Assembly (NCBI GenBank): GCA_052139675.1
Contig: JBKQWE010000025.1
Span: forward strand, 4,303-68,302
DNA: 64,000 nucleotides
From: Candidatus Brocadiia bacterium
GTDB taxonomy: Bacteria; Planctomycetota; Brocadiia; CAIUPP01
Reading direction: 5' to 3'
The translations under genes were made by a program, and so were the position numbers. The notes beneath the pieces were generated by a model. The model saw only the letters and a list, made by a program, of their open reading frames with translations, ran no database searches and was not told the origin of the DNA. Each line of letters starts with the position of its first letter. Position 1 is the first letter of the stretch. Shown in pieces: positions 9,502 through 21,102 of this stretch.

Positions 9502-10900
9502 AACCGGCGCCGAACCGCGCGGCCTCTCGCCGAATCCGCGGCGCTGCGCGCTCGAGGTCATCAGCCAGGCGCTCTCGCCGACCGGCAAGGCGTTCGCCCG
9601 CGAGCTGCTCGCCGAGCGGTTCGCGCGCGCGCCGATGAAGCCGGAGGACCGGCGGCTGACGGCGGATCTTGCGTACGGCGTCATCCGGCGGCTGGCCACG
9701 CTCGACGCGGTGCTCGCGGCATACTCGGCGCGGCCGCTGGACGAGCTCGACCCGGCGGTCCGGCAGGTGCTGCGGCTGGGCGTTTACCAGATGCTCTTCC
9801 TCGAGCGCGTCCCGCAGCACGCGATCGTGGATGAATCGGTCCGGCTGGCCCGCGCGACGGGGAAATCGCGCGCGACCGGCTTCGTCAACGCCGTCCTGCG
9901 CTCCATCGGCCGCGACCTGCGCTTCGCCGCCGAGCCCGATCCCGCCCAGCCGCAGTGCTCCTTCGAGGTTCGGCCGGGCCGCGCCTGCGTCCTCGGGAAA
10001 AAAGTCCTGCCGCCGCCGGCGGACTCCGCGGCGCACCTGGCCGCCGCGCTCTCGTTCCCGCTCGGGCTGATGCGGCGCTGGCTGGCGCGGTTCGGCACGT
10101 CGCGCGCGTGCGAGCTCTGCCGGCGGGCGAACGAGCCGCCGCCGCTCTTCATCCGGCTGAACGCGCTGCGGACTTCGCCGGAGCAGCTCATCGAGAGCCT
10201 TCGCGCCGAGCAGGTGGAGGCGCGGCCGTCCGCGACCGGCCGCACGCTGCTGCTGCCGCCGGGAACGCAGGTGGCGCGGCTGCGCGCCTTCCGCGAAGGG
10301 CTCTTCCAGGTGCAGGACGATTCCAGCGCCGCGGTCGCGCCGTTTGTCGGTCCGCAGCCGGGCGAGAACGTCCTCGACCTCTGCGCCGCGCCGGGCGGCA
10401 AGGCGTGCCACATGGCCGAGCGGATGCAGAACCGGGGCATGATCGCCGCGGTGGACGACTCGGCGCGCCGGCTCAAGCGGCTGGTCGAGAACGTGCAGCG
10501 CCTGGACCTGCGGATCATTGCGACGGTCGAGTCGGAAGGCGCAGCCTTCGCGCGACAGCATCCGGGCAAGTTCGACCGCGTGCTGCTCGACGCGCCCTGC
10601 TCGAACAGCGGCGTCCTGCGCCGGCGCGTGGAGGCGCGCTGGCGTTTCTCCGACGCCGCCCTGGCCGAGCTGGCCGCGCAGCAGCGCGCGCTGCTCGAGG
10701 CCGCGCTCCATTGCCTCCGCCCCGGCGGCAAGCTGGTCTACAGCACGTGCAGCGTGGAGCCGGACGAGAACGCGCACGTCGTCGCCGCGGCGCTGCGCTC
10801 CGCGCCGGGCTTCCGCCTCGAGGCGCAGGAGGAATTCCTGCCGCAGCACGACGGCGGAGACGGGCTGTTCATGGCGAGAATAATCAGGAACCCGGTGTGA
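9491..10900 (+). CDS. rsmB: 16S rRNA m5C967 methyltransferase RsmB/Sun
   Basis: NusB-like N-terminus (LRLGVYQ, FVNAVLR), VQD, DLCAAPGGK, LLDAPCS, YSTCS. Confidence 0.92.
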   Translation: MARETGAEPRGLSPNPRRCALEVISQALSPTGKAFARELLAERFARAPMKPEDRRLTADLAYGVIRRLATLDAVLAAYSARPLDELDPAVRQVLRLGVYQMLFLERVPQHAIVDESVRLARATGKSRATGFVNAVLRSIGRDLRFAAEPDPAQPQCSFEVRPGRACVLGKKVLPPPADSAAHLAAALSFPLGLMRRWLARFGTSRACELCRRANEPPPLFIRLNALRTSPEQLIESLRAEQVEARPSATGRTLLLPPGTQVARLRAFREGLFQVQDDSSAAVAPFVGPQPGENVLDLCAAPGGKACHMAERMQNRGMIAAVDDSARRLKRLVENVQRLDLRIIATVESEGAAFARQHPGKFDRVLLDAPCSNSGVLRRRVEARWRFSDAALAELAAQQRALLEAALHCLRPGGKLVYSTCSVEPDENAHVVAAALRSAPGFRLEAQEEFLPQHDGGDGLFMARIIRNPV

Positions 10901-12225
10901 CGAACAAGGTCTTCATCCACGCCTTCGGCTGCCAGATGAACAAGCTGGACGCCGAGCTGGCGCTCTCCGCGCTGCGGCGCGCCGGCTACGAAGAGGCCGC
11001 CACGCCCGAGGAAGCCGACGTGGTGCTCTACAACACCTGCTCGGTGCGCGCGCACGCCGAGGAGCGCGTGTACAGCAATGTCGGCAAGCTCAAGAGCCTG
11101 AAGCGCCGCAAGCCCCGCCTGGTGATCGGCATCCTCGGCTGCATGGCGCAGAAGGACCGCGAGAAAATCTTCGAGCGGCTGCCGCACGTGGACCTGGTCT
11201 GCGGCACGCGCGAATTCCCGCGCATCGCCGAGCTGATCGAGGAGGCGCGCCGCGCGGACCGCGTGCTGGCGTGCAGCCAGGACGCGGCGGTCTCGGAGGC
11301 GCGCGAGATCTCGGTCCGCCCGGACCGCCGCCGCGCGTTCCTCGGCATCATGCGCGGCTGCGACAACTACTGCGCCTACTGCGTGGTGCCGTACGTGCGC
11401 GGGCCTGAAATCAGCCGGCCCGTCGCCGAGGTCGTGGACGAGGCGAAACGTCTCGCCGACGACGGCTGCCGCGAGATCACGCTGCTCGGCCAGAACGTCA
11501 ACAGCTACGGGAAGTCGTTCATCCCGCCGGCGCACGCGCTGGCGGACCTGCTCGCGCGGCTGGACCGGATCGCCGGGCTGGCGCGAGTGCGCTTCGTCAC
11601 CTCGCATCCGAAGGACATGTCGCGCGAAATCCTCGAGGCCGTGCGCGACCTGCCGACGGTCTGCGAGCATCTGCACATGCCCGCGCAGTCCGGCAGCGAC
11701 CGCGTCCTGGGCGCGATGAACCGCCGGTACACCGCGCGCGGTTATCGCGACCTCGTCGCCCTCGCGCGCGAACTCGTGCCGGGCATCGCCGTCGCCAGCG
11801 ACTTCATCGTCGGCTTCCCCGGCGAGACGGAGGCGGAATTCGACGAGACCGCCGCGCTCGTCCGCGACGTTCGCTTCCAGGGCGCTTTCGTCTTCAAGTA
11901 CTCCACGCGCCCCGGCACCGCCGCCGCGAAGCTCGCCGACGACGTGCCCTGGGAAGAGAAGCGCCGCCGCAACATGGCGCTCCTGGAGATTCAGTCCGCC
12001 ATCCAGCTTGAGGAGAACCGCAAGTTCATCGGGCAGGAGGTGGAAGTCCTCGTCGAAGGCCGCAGCCATCGCGACGCCGCGCGCCTGACCGGCCGCCTGC
12101 GGACCAACCAGATCGTCGTCTTCGAGGGACCCGAGGCGCTCGCCGGCGAGCTCGTCCGCGTCCGCATCGAGTCCGCCACGCCGCTCACGCTCGCCGGCAG
12201 CCTGGCGCCCGCTGCCACTCATTGA
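10897..12225 (+). CDS. miaB: tRNA methylthiotransferase MiaB
   Basis: FGCQMN, NTCSVR..AE, GCMAQ, CDNYCAYC radical SAM motif, C-terminal TRAM; GTGA overlap. Confidence 0.95.
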   Translation: MTNKVFIHAFGCQMNKLDAELALSALRRAGYEEAATPEEADVVLYNTCSVRAHAEERVYSNVGKLKSLKRRKPRLVIGILGCMAQKDREKIFERLPHVDLVCGTREFPRIAELIEEARRADRVLACSQDAAVSEAREISVRPDRRRAFLGIMRGCDNYCAYCVVPYVRGPEISRPVAEVVDEAKRLADDGCREITLLGQNVNSYGKSFIPPAHALADLLARLDRIAGLARVRFVTSHPKDMSREILEAVRDLPTVCEHLHMPAQSGSDRVLGAMNRRYTARGYRDLVALARELVPGIAVASDFIVGFPGETEAEFDETAALVRDVRFQGAFVFKYSTRPGTAAAKLADDVPWEEKRRRNMALLEIQSAIQLEENRKFIGQEVEVLVEGRSHRDAARLTGRLRTNQIVVFEGPEALAGELVRVRIESATPLTLAGSLAPAATH

Positions 12226-12290
12226 ACCTTACGTTCAAAAGCGCTAGACTGCAATACGCTTAGTTCGTGATTAAGGAGGCGCGTGCAAGA

Positions 12291-14669
12291 ATGCGAAATC
12301 CACCGGCGGTGCGTCTGGCCCTCGCCGCATTATGCCTGGGCGCTCTCTCGTTCCCGGCGTCCGGCGAAACGAAGCCCGCGACGGAGCCTTTCGGCTTCTC
12401 GGGGATGGAGATGTACAAACTCGACTGGGACACGAGCAACCTGCGCCTGGCCGACGTGAACGGCGACGGCCTGACCGACATCGTCGTGGTCAACAACGCG
12501 CGCGCGCGGATCGAGTGCCTCTTGCAGCGCCCGAAAACCGCCGGCGCCGCGAAGGCCCCGGCGGCGAAACCGGCGGACGCGGAGCCGAACGAGATCCCCA
12601 ACGACGCGCGCTTCGACAGCCGGCCCTATCTGACCGAGAAGCACGTCTACAGCCTGGAGCTCGGCGACCTCAACGGCGACGGCCGGACGGACATGGCGTA
12701 CTACGGCGACCCTCGCGAACTCGTCGTGGTCTACCAGGACAAGAACGGGCAATGGGGACCGCGCCGGACGTTCGACATCGCCGACGGCTCCACGCAGATG
12801 AACGCCCTGGCGATCGGCGACCTGAGCAAGAGCGGCCGAAACGACCTGGTTCTCCTCGGCACGGACGGCACCTACTTCTTCCACCAGAACGCCGCCGGCC
12901 AGCTCGAAGCGCCGATCAAGGAATCGGGCCTGCCCGACGGCGCCGTCGGCATCGCCATCGCCGACTTCGACGGCAGCGGCCGAAAGGACCTGCTCTACTT
13001 CTGCAGCGACGAGGCGGCGCCGTTCTGCTTCCGGTTCCAGAACGCCGAAGGGCGGCTCGGCCCCGAAGTGCGCTGCAAGGCGCCGCCGATGAGCAGCGTG
13101 GCCCTCGGCGACCTGGACAAGGACGGCTGCACCGAGCTGGTCGCGATCGAGCGGGCGCAGGGCCGGCTGGTGGTTTACAAGGTCGGCGCCGAGCCGGCGG
13201 ATCCCGGCTCGCTCCTCGACGGGCCGTTCGAGCGCTACGCGCTGCGCGGGACCGGCTCGCGCCGCGCGCACCCGCTGGCCTTCGGCCCGCTGACCGACCC
13301 GAAGCGGATGGACATCGTCGTCGCCGACCCGGACGCGGCCGAGATCGAACTCTTCCGCCAGAACCAGTCCGGCCAGTGGGACCGGCAGGCCGCCTTCCCC
13401 TGCCTGCAGGGCGTAACGGACCTCGCCGTGCTCGAGGTGGACGGCGCCCCGGCGGTGCTTGTCCTCAGCCCCGATGAACCGATGCTCGGCTTGATGCGCC
13501 TCGACGCGCAGGGCCGCCTGACCTTCCCGCGGTCGCTGCCGATCGTCGGCAAGCCCACGTGCATGTGCGTTGCCGACCTCTTCGCCGACGGCAAGCGCGA
13601 GATCCTCTACGTCTCCTCCCAGGACCGCGAAAAGTCCATCCGCGTGCTGGCCATCGGCCCGGGCGACACGTTCACCGAGAGGATGAGCATCCCGATCCAG
13701 GACGCGCGCACCGATCCCGATGGCCTGCTCGTGGCCGACGCGAACCAGGACGGCCTGCCGGACATCCTGCTCTTCACGCCGTACCAGGAGATGCGCATCT
13801 TCAAGCAGACGCTCGATGCGGAATTCGTTGACGTCTCGCGGGGGCCGGATTACGGCAAAGGGCTCGTGCAGGGCGTCACGAAGCGGTCCGTCTCGGTCGC
13901 CGACCTGAAGGGCGACGGCAAGCCGACGATCCTGGTCGCCTCGAAGAGTTTCGCGCGCGCGCTGCGGCTCGACGACAAGGACCGGATCGAGATCGTCGAG
14001 CAGTTCAACGGCCTGGCGCCGACCAGCCAGATCGTGGCGGCCTCCGCCGTGCGGCTCAATGGAAGTTCGGCTACGGACATCCTCCTCGCGGACGAGGCGA
14101 ACCACTGCCTGACCGTGCTCCGGGCGAACAAGACCGGCGCGTACGAAGTCGTGGATAAGCTCCAGACCGGCGCGGTCAACCTCCAGCAGCTGCACGTCGC
14201 CGACCTGGACGGGAGCGGCAAGCCGGCCATCATCCTGGCCGGGCAGGACGATTTCCACATCCTGCGCCCGGGCCTGCCGCGCGTGGCGCTGCGCTCGATC
14301 GCCTCGTACGAGTCGCCGGTTCGCAACGGGCGGCTGGAGAACGTCGAGGTCGGCGACCTCCGCGGCGACGGCCGGCCGCAGATCATCGTCACCGAGGGGA
14401 CGAAGCAGTTGATGGAACTGCTGACGTGGCGGAAAGAGGAGCCCGCTCTTCGCAGCTCCGCCGCTACGGCGGGCGTAGAAGAGCCGCGCATTGAGCGCGC
14501 GCTCGCGTGGCCGATCTTCGAGGCCAAGCCGTTCCTCGGCGGCCGCATGGGCCCCGCGCCGACGGCCTCCTCGGAGCCGCGCGAGTTCGCCATCGGCGCC
14601 GTCACCGGCGGCCAGCCGGACATCGTCCTGCTCATCCACGACCGGATTGTGATTTACGAGCAGGAGTGA
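12291..14669 (+). CDS. Secreted FG-GAP/VCBS repeat beta-propeller protein
   Basis: Signal peptide; repeated DxNGDGxxD motifs (ADVNGDGLTDI, GDLNGDGRTDM, GDLDKDGCTEL, ADANQDGLPDI, GDLRGDGRPQI). Confidence 0.85.
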   Translation: MRNPPAVRLALAALCLGALSFPASGETKPATEPFGFSGMEMYKLDWDTSNLRLADVNGDGLTDIVVVNNARARIECLLQRPKTAGAAKAPAAKPADAEPNEIPNDARFDSRPYLTEKHVYSLELGDLNGDGRTDMAYYGDPRELVVVYQDKNGQWGPRRTFDIADGSTQMNALAIGDLSKSGRNDLVLLGTDGTYFFHQNAAGQLEAPIKESGLPDGAVGIAIADFDGSGRKDLLYFCSDEAAPFCFRFQNAEGRLGPEVRCKAPPMSSVALGDLDKDGCTELVAIERAQGRLVVYKVGAEPADPGSLLDGPFERYALRGTGSRRAHPLAFGPLTDPKRMDIVVADPDAAEIELFRQNQSGQWDRQAAFPCLQGVTDLAVLEVDGAPAVLVLSPDEPMLGLMRLDAQGRLTFPRSLPIVGKPTCMCVADLFADGKREILYVSSQDREKSIRVLAIGPGDTFTERMSIPIQDARTDPDGLLVADANQDGLPDILLFTPYQEMRIFKQTLDAEFVDVSRGPDYGKGLVQGVTKRSVSVADLKGDGKPTILVASKSFARALRLDDKDRIEIVEQFNGLAPTSQIVAASAVRLNGSSATDILLADEANHCLTVLRANKTGAYEVVDKLQTGAVNLQQLHVADLDGSGKPAIILAGQDDFHILRPGLPRVALRSIASYESPVRNGRLENVEVGDLRGDGRPQIIVTEGTKQLMELLTWRKEEPALRSSAATAGVEEPRIERALAWPIFEAKPFLGGRMGPAPTASSEPREFAIGAVTGGQPDIVLLIHDRIVIYEQE

Positions 14670-14677
14670 ACGGCGAC

Positions 14678-14764
14678 TTTGCCGCGAAGAGGCGCAAGGG
14701 ACGCAAGAAGCAAACGAAAAACTCCTACGGTGAAGCCGTGCCTCTTGCGCCTCTTTGCGGCTAA
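14678..14764. repeat. REP-like inverted repeat
   Basis: GCCGCGAAGAGGCGCAAG ... CTTGCGCCTCTTTGCGGC. Confidence 0.7.
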
Positions 14765-14783
14765 ACCCTTTTCGGCCGAACAC

Positions 14784-15002
14784 ATGATGAAGATTGAAAT
14801 CGAGCGCGAAACGGATGGCCGTTGGATCGCAGAAGTGCCGGATATGCCGGGAGTTATGGCGTATGGCAAGACGCGGAAAGAGGCCGTCGCCAAAGTGGAG
14901 GCGCTGGCGGAGCGCGTCATCGCTGACGTGCCATCTTCTTCAGTTGCTCATGGCGGAAGCAACTCACGACGTGGTCATTCACCATTCCGACCGCCTGCAT
15001 GA
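14784..15002 (+). pseudogene. HicB-like antitoxin, probably C-terminally truncated
   Basis: MKIEIERETDGRWIAEVPDMPGVMAYGKTRKEAVAKVEALA.RVIAD is HicB-like; the remainder lies antisense within tag; no hicA. Confidence 0.6.
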
Positions 15003-15505
15003 AGGCATAGCAGATCGTCGAGCCCACGAAGCTGAAGCCGCGCTTCTTCAGCTCTTTGCTCATTCGGTCGGAGAGCGCGGTCCTGTCTGGAATCTCCGCC
15101 AGCGTGCGCCAGGCGTTCTGCAGCGGCCGATGGTCCACATAACGCCAGATGAAGGAGTCGAAGGAGCCGAACTCCTCCGCGGCGGCGAGCGCACATCGCG
15201 CGTTTCGAATCGCCGATTCGATCTTCAGGCGATTGCGAACGATGCCCGGGTCGGCCAGCAGGCGCCGGACATCCGCCGCCGAATAGCGCGCGACCTTCCG
15301 CGGATCAAACCGGTCGAACGCCTTGCGATAGTTCTCGCGTTTCCGGAGGATCGTCAGCCAGCTCAGCCCCGCCTGCGCGCCCTCGAGGACCAGGAACTCG
15401 AAGAGCCCGCGCTCGTCATGCAAAGGCGTTCCCCATTCGCGGTCGTGGTACTTCACATACAGCGGATCGCTGACGCCCCATTCGCATCTTTTCTTCGTGC
15501 GTGTT

Positions 15506-15516
<11 letters not shown>
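14917..15516 (-). CDS. tag: DNA-3-methyladenine glycosylase I
   Basis: RCEW, YHDREWG, LEGAQAGLSW, IVRNRLKI, FVGSTICYAFMQAVGMVNDH. Confidence 0.95.
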
Positions 15517-17170
<1,654 letters not shown>

Positions 17171-17188
17171 GAAGTTCCTCCTTCAGTG

Positions 17189-17286
17189 CATCGTAATCGT
17201 AATCCTAATCGTAATCGCCGTTCGTCGTTTCAGCAGAACAAAGGCCGATTACGATTAGGATTACGATTACGATTACGATCACGATG
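17189..17286. repeat. Inverted hexamer (ATCGTA)n array, perfect 28-bp stem
   Basis: 17190-17217 is the exact reverse complement of 17246-17273. Confidence 0.9.
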
Positions 17287-17323
17287 CCGGATCGTAACAC
17301 GCCGTTTCCGTCTTGTCCATCGT

Positions 17324-17353
17324 TTGACCGGCCGGACGCGGCGCACCTATAAT
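17324..17353 (+). promoter_or_regulatory. sigma70 promoter for glycerate kinase
   Basis: TTGACC-N18-TATAAT. Confidence 0.6.
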
Positions 17354-17378
17354 CCTGAACGGAACGGGAGACTGGGCC

Positions 17379-18734
17379 ATGGACAAGAGAGCGCGCAGGG
17401 ACCTCCTCGCAATCTTCGAGGCCGGGCTCGCGGCGGCCGACCCGGCTGAAGCGGTGCGGCGGCACGTGGTCCGGCGCGGGCGGAAGCTGTGGCTGGGAGA
17501 TTATTCCTGCGACCTGGCGAAGGTGCGGAACATCTTCGTCGTCGGCGCGGGCAAGGCGTCGGCGCAGATGGCCGGCGCGCTGGAGGAAATCCTCGGCGAG
17601 CGGATCGCCGGCGGCTGGATTAACATCAAGTCGGGCGGCGGCGTTGAGAAGACGCCGCTGCGGCGGATCCACGTCCATGAGGCCGGGCATCCGGTCCCGG
17701 ACGAAGCCGGCCTGCGCGGCGCGCGCGAGATCGTCAAGATCCTCGAATCGGCCGGCGAAGGCGACCTGGTGCTGCTGTGCTTGAGCGGCGGCGGCTCGGC
17801 GCTGATGCCGCTGCCGGTCGCCGGCGTGTCGCTGGCGGACAAGCAGGCGGTCACGCAGGCGCTCCTGGCGTGCGGCGCGGACATCCGCGAAATCAACACC
17901 GTGCGCAAGCACCTGTCGCAGTTGAAGGGCGGGCGATTCGCGCAGGCGGCGCAGCCGGCCGAAGTCGTCGCGCTGATCCTCTCCGACGTGGTCGGCGATC
18001 CGCTCGATGCCATCGCGTCGGGGCCGTCCGCGCCGGACAGCACCACTTTCGCCGACGCGCTGGCCGTGCTGAGCAAGTACGGAATCGAATCGCGCGCGCC
18101 GCGGAGCGTGCTGGAGCATCTGCGCGCGGGCGCGGCCGGGGCTGAGCCCGAGACGCCGAAGCCCGGCGACCCGATCTTCGCGAAGGTCCGCAATCTGGTC
18201 ATCGCGAACAACGCCGCCTCCGTCGCCGCGTGCGCCCGCAAGTCCCGCGCGCTCGGCTATCGCCCGCTGGTGCTCTCCTCCACGATCGAGGGCGAGGCGC
18301 GCGAAGTGGCCCGTGTGTGCGCGGCCATCGCGCGCGAGTCGCTCGCGAGCGGCCGGCCCGTCGCGCCGCCGGCCTGCCTGATCTGCGGCGGCGAGACCAC
18401 CGTTACGCTCCGCGGGACCGGGCGCGGCGGCCGGAACCAGGAGTTCGCCCTCGCCGCCGCCCTGGCCGCGCGCGGGCTGGAAGGCGTGGCCATCCTCGCC
18501 GGCGGCACCGACGGGACCGACGGCCCGACCGACGCGGCCGGCGCCCTGGCCGATGGAGCGACCTGCGACCGCGCCGCTGGACTCGGCCTCAGCGCCGCGG
18601 ATTTCCTGGCCCGCAACGACTCGTACCATTTCTTCCAGCCGCTCGGCGACCTGCTGATGACCGGGCCGACCGGCACGAACGTCATGGACTTGTACCTGCT
18701 CCTCGTCGGCCGGCCGAAGCGGAATCCGCGCTGA
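17379..18734 (+). CDS. Glycerate 2-kinase (MOFRL family)
   Basis: VGAGKAS, AGHPVPD, LSGGGSAL, INTVRKHLS..KGG, SDVVGD, GGETTV, GRGGRNQE, GTDGTDG, TGTNVMD. Confidence 0.92.
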   Translation: MDKRARRDLLAIFEAGLAAADPAEAVRRHVVRRGRKLWLGDYSCDLAKVRNIFVVGAGKASAQMAGALEEILGERIAGGWINIKSGGGVEKTPLRRIHVHEAGHPVPDEAGLRGAREIVKILESAGEGDLVLLCLSGGGSALMPLPVAGVSLADKQAVTQALLACGADIREINTVRKHLSQLKGGRFAQAAQPAEVVALILSDVVGDPLDAIASGPSAPDSTTFADALAVLSKYGIESRAPRSVLEHLRAGAAGAEPETPKPGDPIFAKVRNLVIANNAASVAACARKSRALGYRPLVLSSTIEGEAREVARVCAAIARESLASGRPVAPPACLICGGETTVTLRGTGRGGRNQEFALAAALAARGLEGVAILAGGTDGTDGPTDAAGALADGATCDRAAGLGLSAADFLARNDSYHFFQPLGDLLMTGPTGTNVMDLYLLLVGRPKRNPR

Positions 18735-18846
18735 GGTCCGCCGCGGAGCGCGGGAAATTGCCCGCCGTTCTGCGTTGCGAAGGCGGCGGCGTTTTTGGTA
18801 GGCTGTTCCCGATCCGCTGGGTTGCGCGCGTTCGGAGAGGAGCAGG

Positions 18847-19167
18847 ATGATCCCATTCGCCGAATTTCAGAAGCTGGACCTGCGCGTCGCGAAGGTCCTT
18901 TCCGTCGAGAACCATCCGAACGCCGACAAGCTGTACGTGCTCAAGATTGACCTGGGAGGCACGGAGCGGCAGATCGTCGCCGGTCTGCGGGCGTATTACA
19001 CGCCCGAGCAGCTCCTGGGCTCAGAGATCGTCGTCGTAGCGAACCTCGAGCCGGCCCTGCTGCGCGGAGTGGAGAGCCAGGGCATGCTGCTGGCGGCGCA
19101 GGACGGACCGAGGGTGCTGGTGCTCCGGCCGGACGGCCAGGCCGCGCCCGGTTCTCGAGTCTCATAG
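18847..19167 (+). CDS. tRNA-binding OB-fold protein (MetG C-terminal/CsaA-like)
   Basis: FQKLDLRVAKV..VENHPNADKLYVL.IDLG..RQIVAGL, VANLEPA.LRGVESQGMLLAA. Confidence 0.9.
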   Translation: MIPFAEFQKLDLRVAKVLSVENHPNADKLYVLKIDLGGTERQIVAGLRAYYTPEQLLGSEIVVVANLEPALLRGVESQGMLLAAQDGPRVLVLRPDGQAAPGSRVS

Positions 19168-19196
19168 CGCCTGATGGCCCGGCGTTTGGCGGAGAT

Positions 19197-19721
19197 TTGG
19201 ATTTGGTTGTGATGCAAGGCGGGTATTACGAGGTCGCCACCGGCACGCGCGCCGTTTACGTGCGCGTGCACGGACTCGCGACGATGAGCAACTGCCTGTG
19301 CCTGCGCACCTCCCTGGAAGCCCTGCTCGCCGCGGGGCGCAGCTTCATCGTCGTGGACCTGGCCGATTGCACGGGGATGGACAGCACGTTCATGGGCGTG
19401 CTCGCCGGCGCGGCCACTTACGAGCAAAACGACAAGACGCCCGGCGTCGCCGCGGTCAACGTCTCCGAGCCGCTGCTGCAACTGCTGAAAAATGTGGGGC
19501 TCACGGAGCTGATTTTCGTCGAGTCGGAGCCGTTCGAAACGCCCGCCCTGGAATTCGTCCGGCTCGAGGAGCAGCGCGGCGAAAAGGAGCGCCTGGCGTG
19601 CGTCCATGCCGCGCACGAGCACCTGATGAAGATCAACGACCGCAACGAGGAGATCTTCCGCCCGTTCGTGGCCGCGCTCGAGCTGGAGATGAGGCAGCGC
19701 GGAATGAAGGGAACGGACTGA
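19197..19721 (+). CDS. STAS-domain protein (anti-sigma factor antagonist-like)
   Basis: IVVDLADCTGMDSTFMGVLA (phosphorylatable Ser motif); start could be 19203 or 19212. Confidence 0.8.
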   Translation: MDLVVMQGGYYEVATGTRAVYVRVHGLATMSNCLCLRTSLEALLAAGRSFIVVDLADCTGMDSTFMGVLAGAATYEQNDKTPGVAAVNVSEPLLQLLKNVGLTELIFVESEPFETPALEFVRLEEQRGEKERLACVHAAHEHLMKINDRNEEIFRPFVAALELEMRQRGMKGTD

Positions 19722-19722
19722 A

Positions 19723-19810
19723 GAATGCGGATTGCGAATTGCGGAGTGCGGATTGGACGGCGAAAGCCTTCGCGCTAATCCGCAATCCGCATTCCCCAAT
19801 CTGCAATTCG
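19723..19810. repeat. Inverted heptamer array between convergent genes
   Basis: GAATGCG GATTGCG AATTGCG GAGTGCG GATT ... AATCCGC AATCCGC ATTCCCC AATCTGC AATTCG. Confidence 0.8.
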
Positions 19811-19816
19811 TGAGGG

Positions 19817-20833
19817 TCACTCTTCCGTTTTTCCGCCGCGCTTCAGCTCGCGCATCATCTCGTAGAGCCGCGACAGTTTCTTGATCATCACGATCTGGCG
19901 CTTCTCGTCCTGGATGCGCTGCGCGGGCGCGCCGAGGATGACGGAGTCCGCCGGCCAGGAACGGGAGACCTTGGAGGAGGCCCCGACAATGCAGCGGTCG
20001 CCGAGCGTAATCCCGTTCGTGAGCCCCACGTCCTCCGCCAGCAGCACGTTCCGGCCCAGCACCGTGCTGCCGCCCATGCGCGCGTAGGCGATCAGCATCG
20101 AGTTCGCCCCGATCCGGCAATTGTGCGCGATGTGGCTGTGGTTGTCTATCTTCACGCCGTTCTCGATGACCGTCTTGTCCATCGTCGCGCGGTCCACGGT
20201 GCAGTTGCACCCGATCTCGACGTCGTCGCCGATCTCCACCGTGCCGACCTGCGGCACCTTCACGTGGCGGCCTTCGATCTGGAGATAGCCGAAGCCGTCG
20301 CCGCCGATCGAGCAGCCGCTGTGGATGATCGTCCGGCTCCCGATGCTCACGCACTCGCGGAGGGCCACGTTGGAGTAAATGATCGAATCGGACCCGACGG
20401 CGCAATGCGCGCCCAGGGTGCTGTTCGGATAAATGACGGTCCGGTCGCCGACGACGCAGCCGTCGCCGAGGACCGCGTGCGCGCCGAGCCCGACATCCTT
20501 GCCCAGCCGCACGCCCGCGCCGAGGACCGCCGACGGGTGAATGCCGGCCGGGTGCGCGCGCTGCTCCTTCTCCACGAGGGCCAGCAGCATCCCGAAGGCG
20601 AAGTACGGGTTCGCGACGACGATCTGCGCCGCGGCCATTCCGGCGACGCGCTCCGGGACGATCACCGCGGTTGCTCGGCTGGCGGCGGCCGCCTTGAGGT
20701 TCTCGCGCTTCGCGAAGGTGATGTCGCCCGGCCCGGCCTGCGTCAGGCCGGCCACGCGCTCGACGATCGCATCGCCCGGTCCGATCAACTCGCCGCCCAC
20801 CATGCGGCTCACTTCCGCGACAGTCAGTTTCAT
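19817..20833 (-). CDS. lpxD: UDP-3-O-acyl-glucosamine N-acyltransferase
   Basis: LpxD N-domain (AGPGDITF, VANPY), hexapeptide repeats, IGGDGFGY, KVPQVGTVEIGDDVEIG, IDRAT-like VDRAT, KIDN.SHIAHN. Confidence 0.93.
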   Translation of the reverse strand: MKLTVAEVSRMVGGELIGPGDAIVERVAGLTQAGPGDITFAKRENLKAAAASRATAVIVPERVAGMAAAQIVVANPYFAFGMLLALVEKEQRAHPAGIHPSAVLGAGVRLGKDVGLGAHAVLGDGCVVGDRTVIYPNSTLGAHCAVGSDSIIYSNVALRECVSIGSRTIIHSGCSIGGDGFGYLQIEGRHVKVPQVGTVEIGDDVEIGCNCTVDRATMDKTVIENGVKIDNHSHIAHNCRIGANSMLIAYARMGGSTVLGRNVLLAEDVGLTNGITLGDRCIVGASSKVSRSWPADSVILGAPAQRIQDEKRQIVMIKKLSRLYEMMRELKRGGKTEE

Positions 20834-20907
20834 GGTGCGATCTCCTGCTGATACCAGGTCGAACGCAATCATAGCACGGCGCGAAAGCCCGGACAACCGG
20901 CGGCGGC

Positions 20908-20968
20908 GCGGGCGGCCCTTCGACTTCGGCTCAGGGCCGCCCTGAGCAAGGCCGAAGGGGCGGCCCGC
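20908..20968. repeat. REP-like palindrome (CTTCG..GCTCAG family)
   Basis: CCCTTCGACTTCGGCTCAGGGC-CGCCCTGAGCAAGGCCGAAGGGG; related cores near 29290 and 42320. Confidence 0.65.
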
Positions 20969-20999
20969 GAAATATTTTCAAAATTTTGTCGAATTGGGG

Positions 21000-21027
21000 T
21001 TGACAAGGCGGTTGCCGATGGTATAAT
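21000..21027 (+). promoter_or_regulatory. Consensus sigma70 promoter
   Basis: TTGACA-N16-TATAAT with extended -10 TG. Confidence 0.8.
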
Positions 21028-21102
21028 TCGCCCCTTTGATGCCTGCGGTTGCATCTCGGACGGCTCAACCCTGATGGCCCTATTGAAGGAGAAGGCGCAA
21101 GC

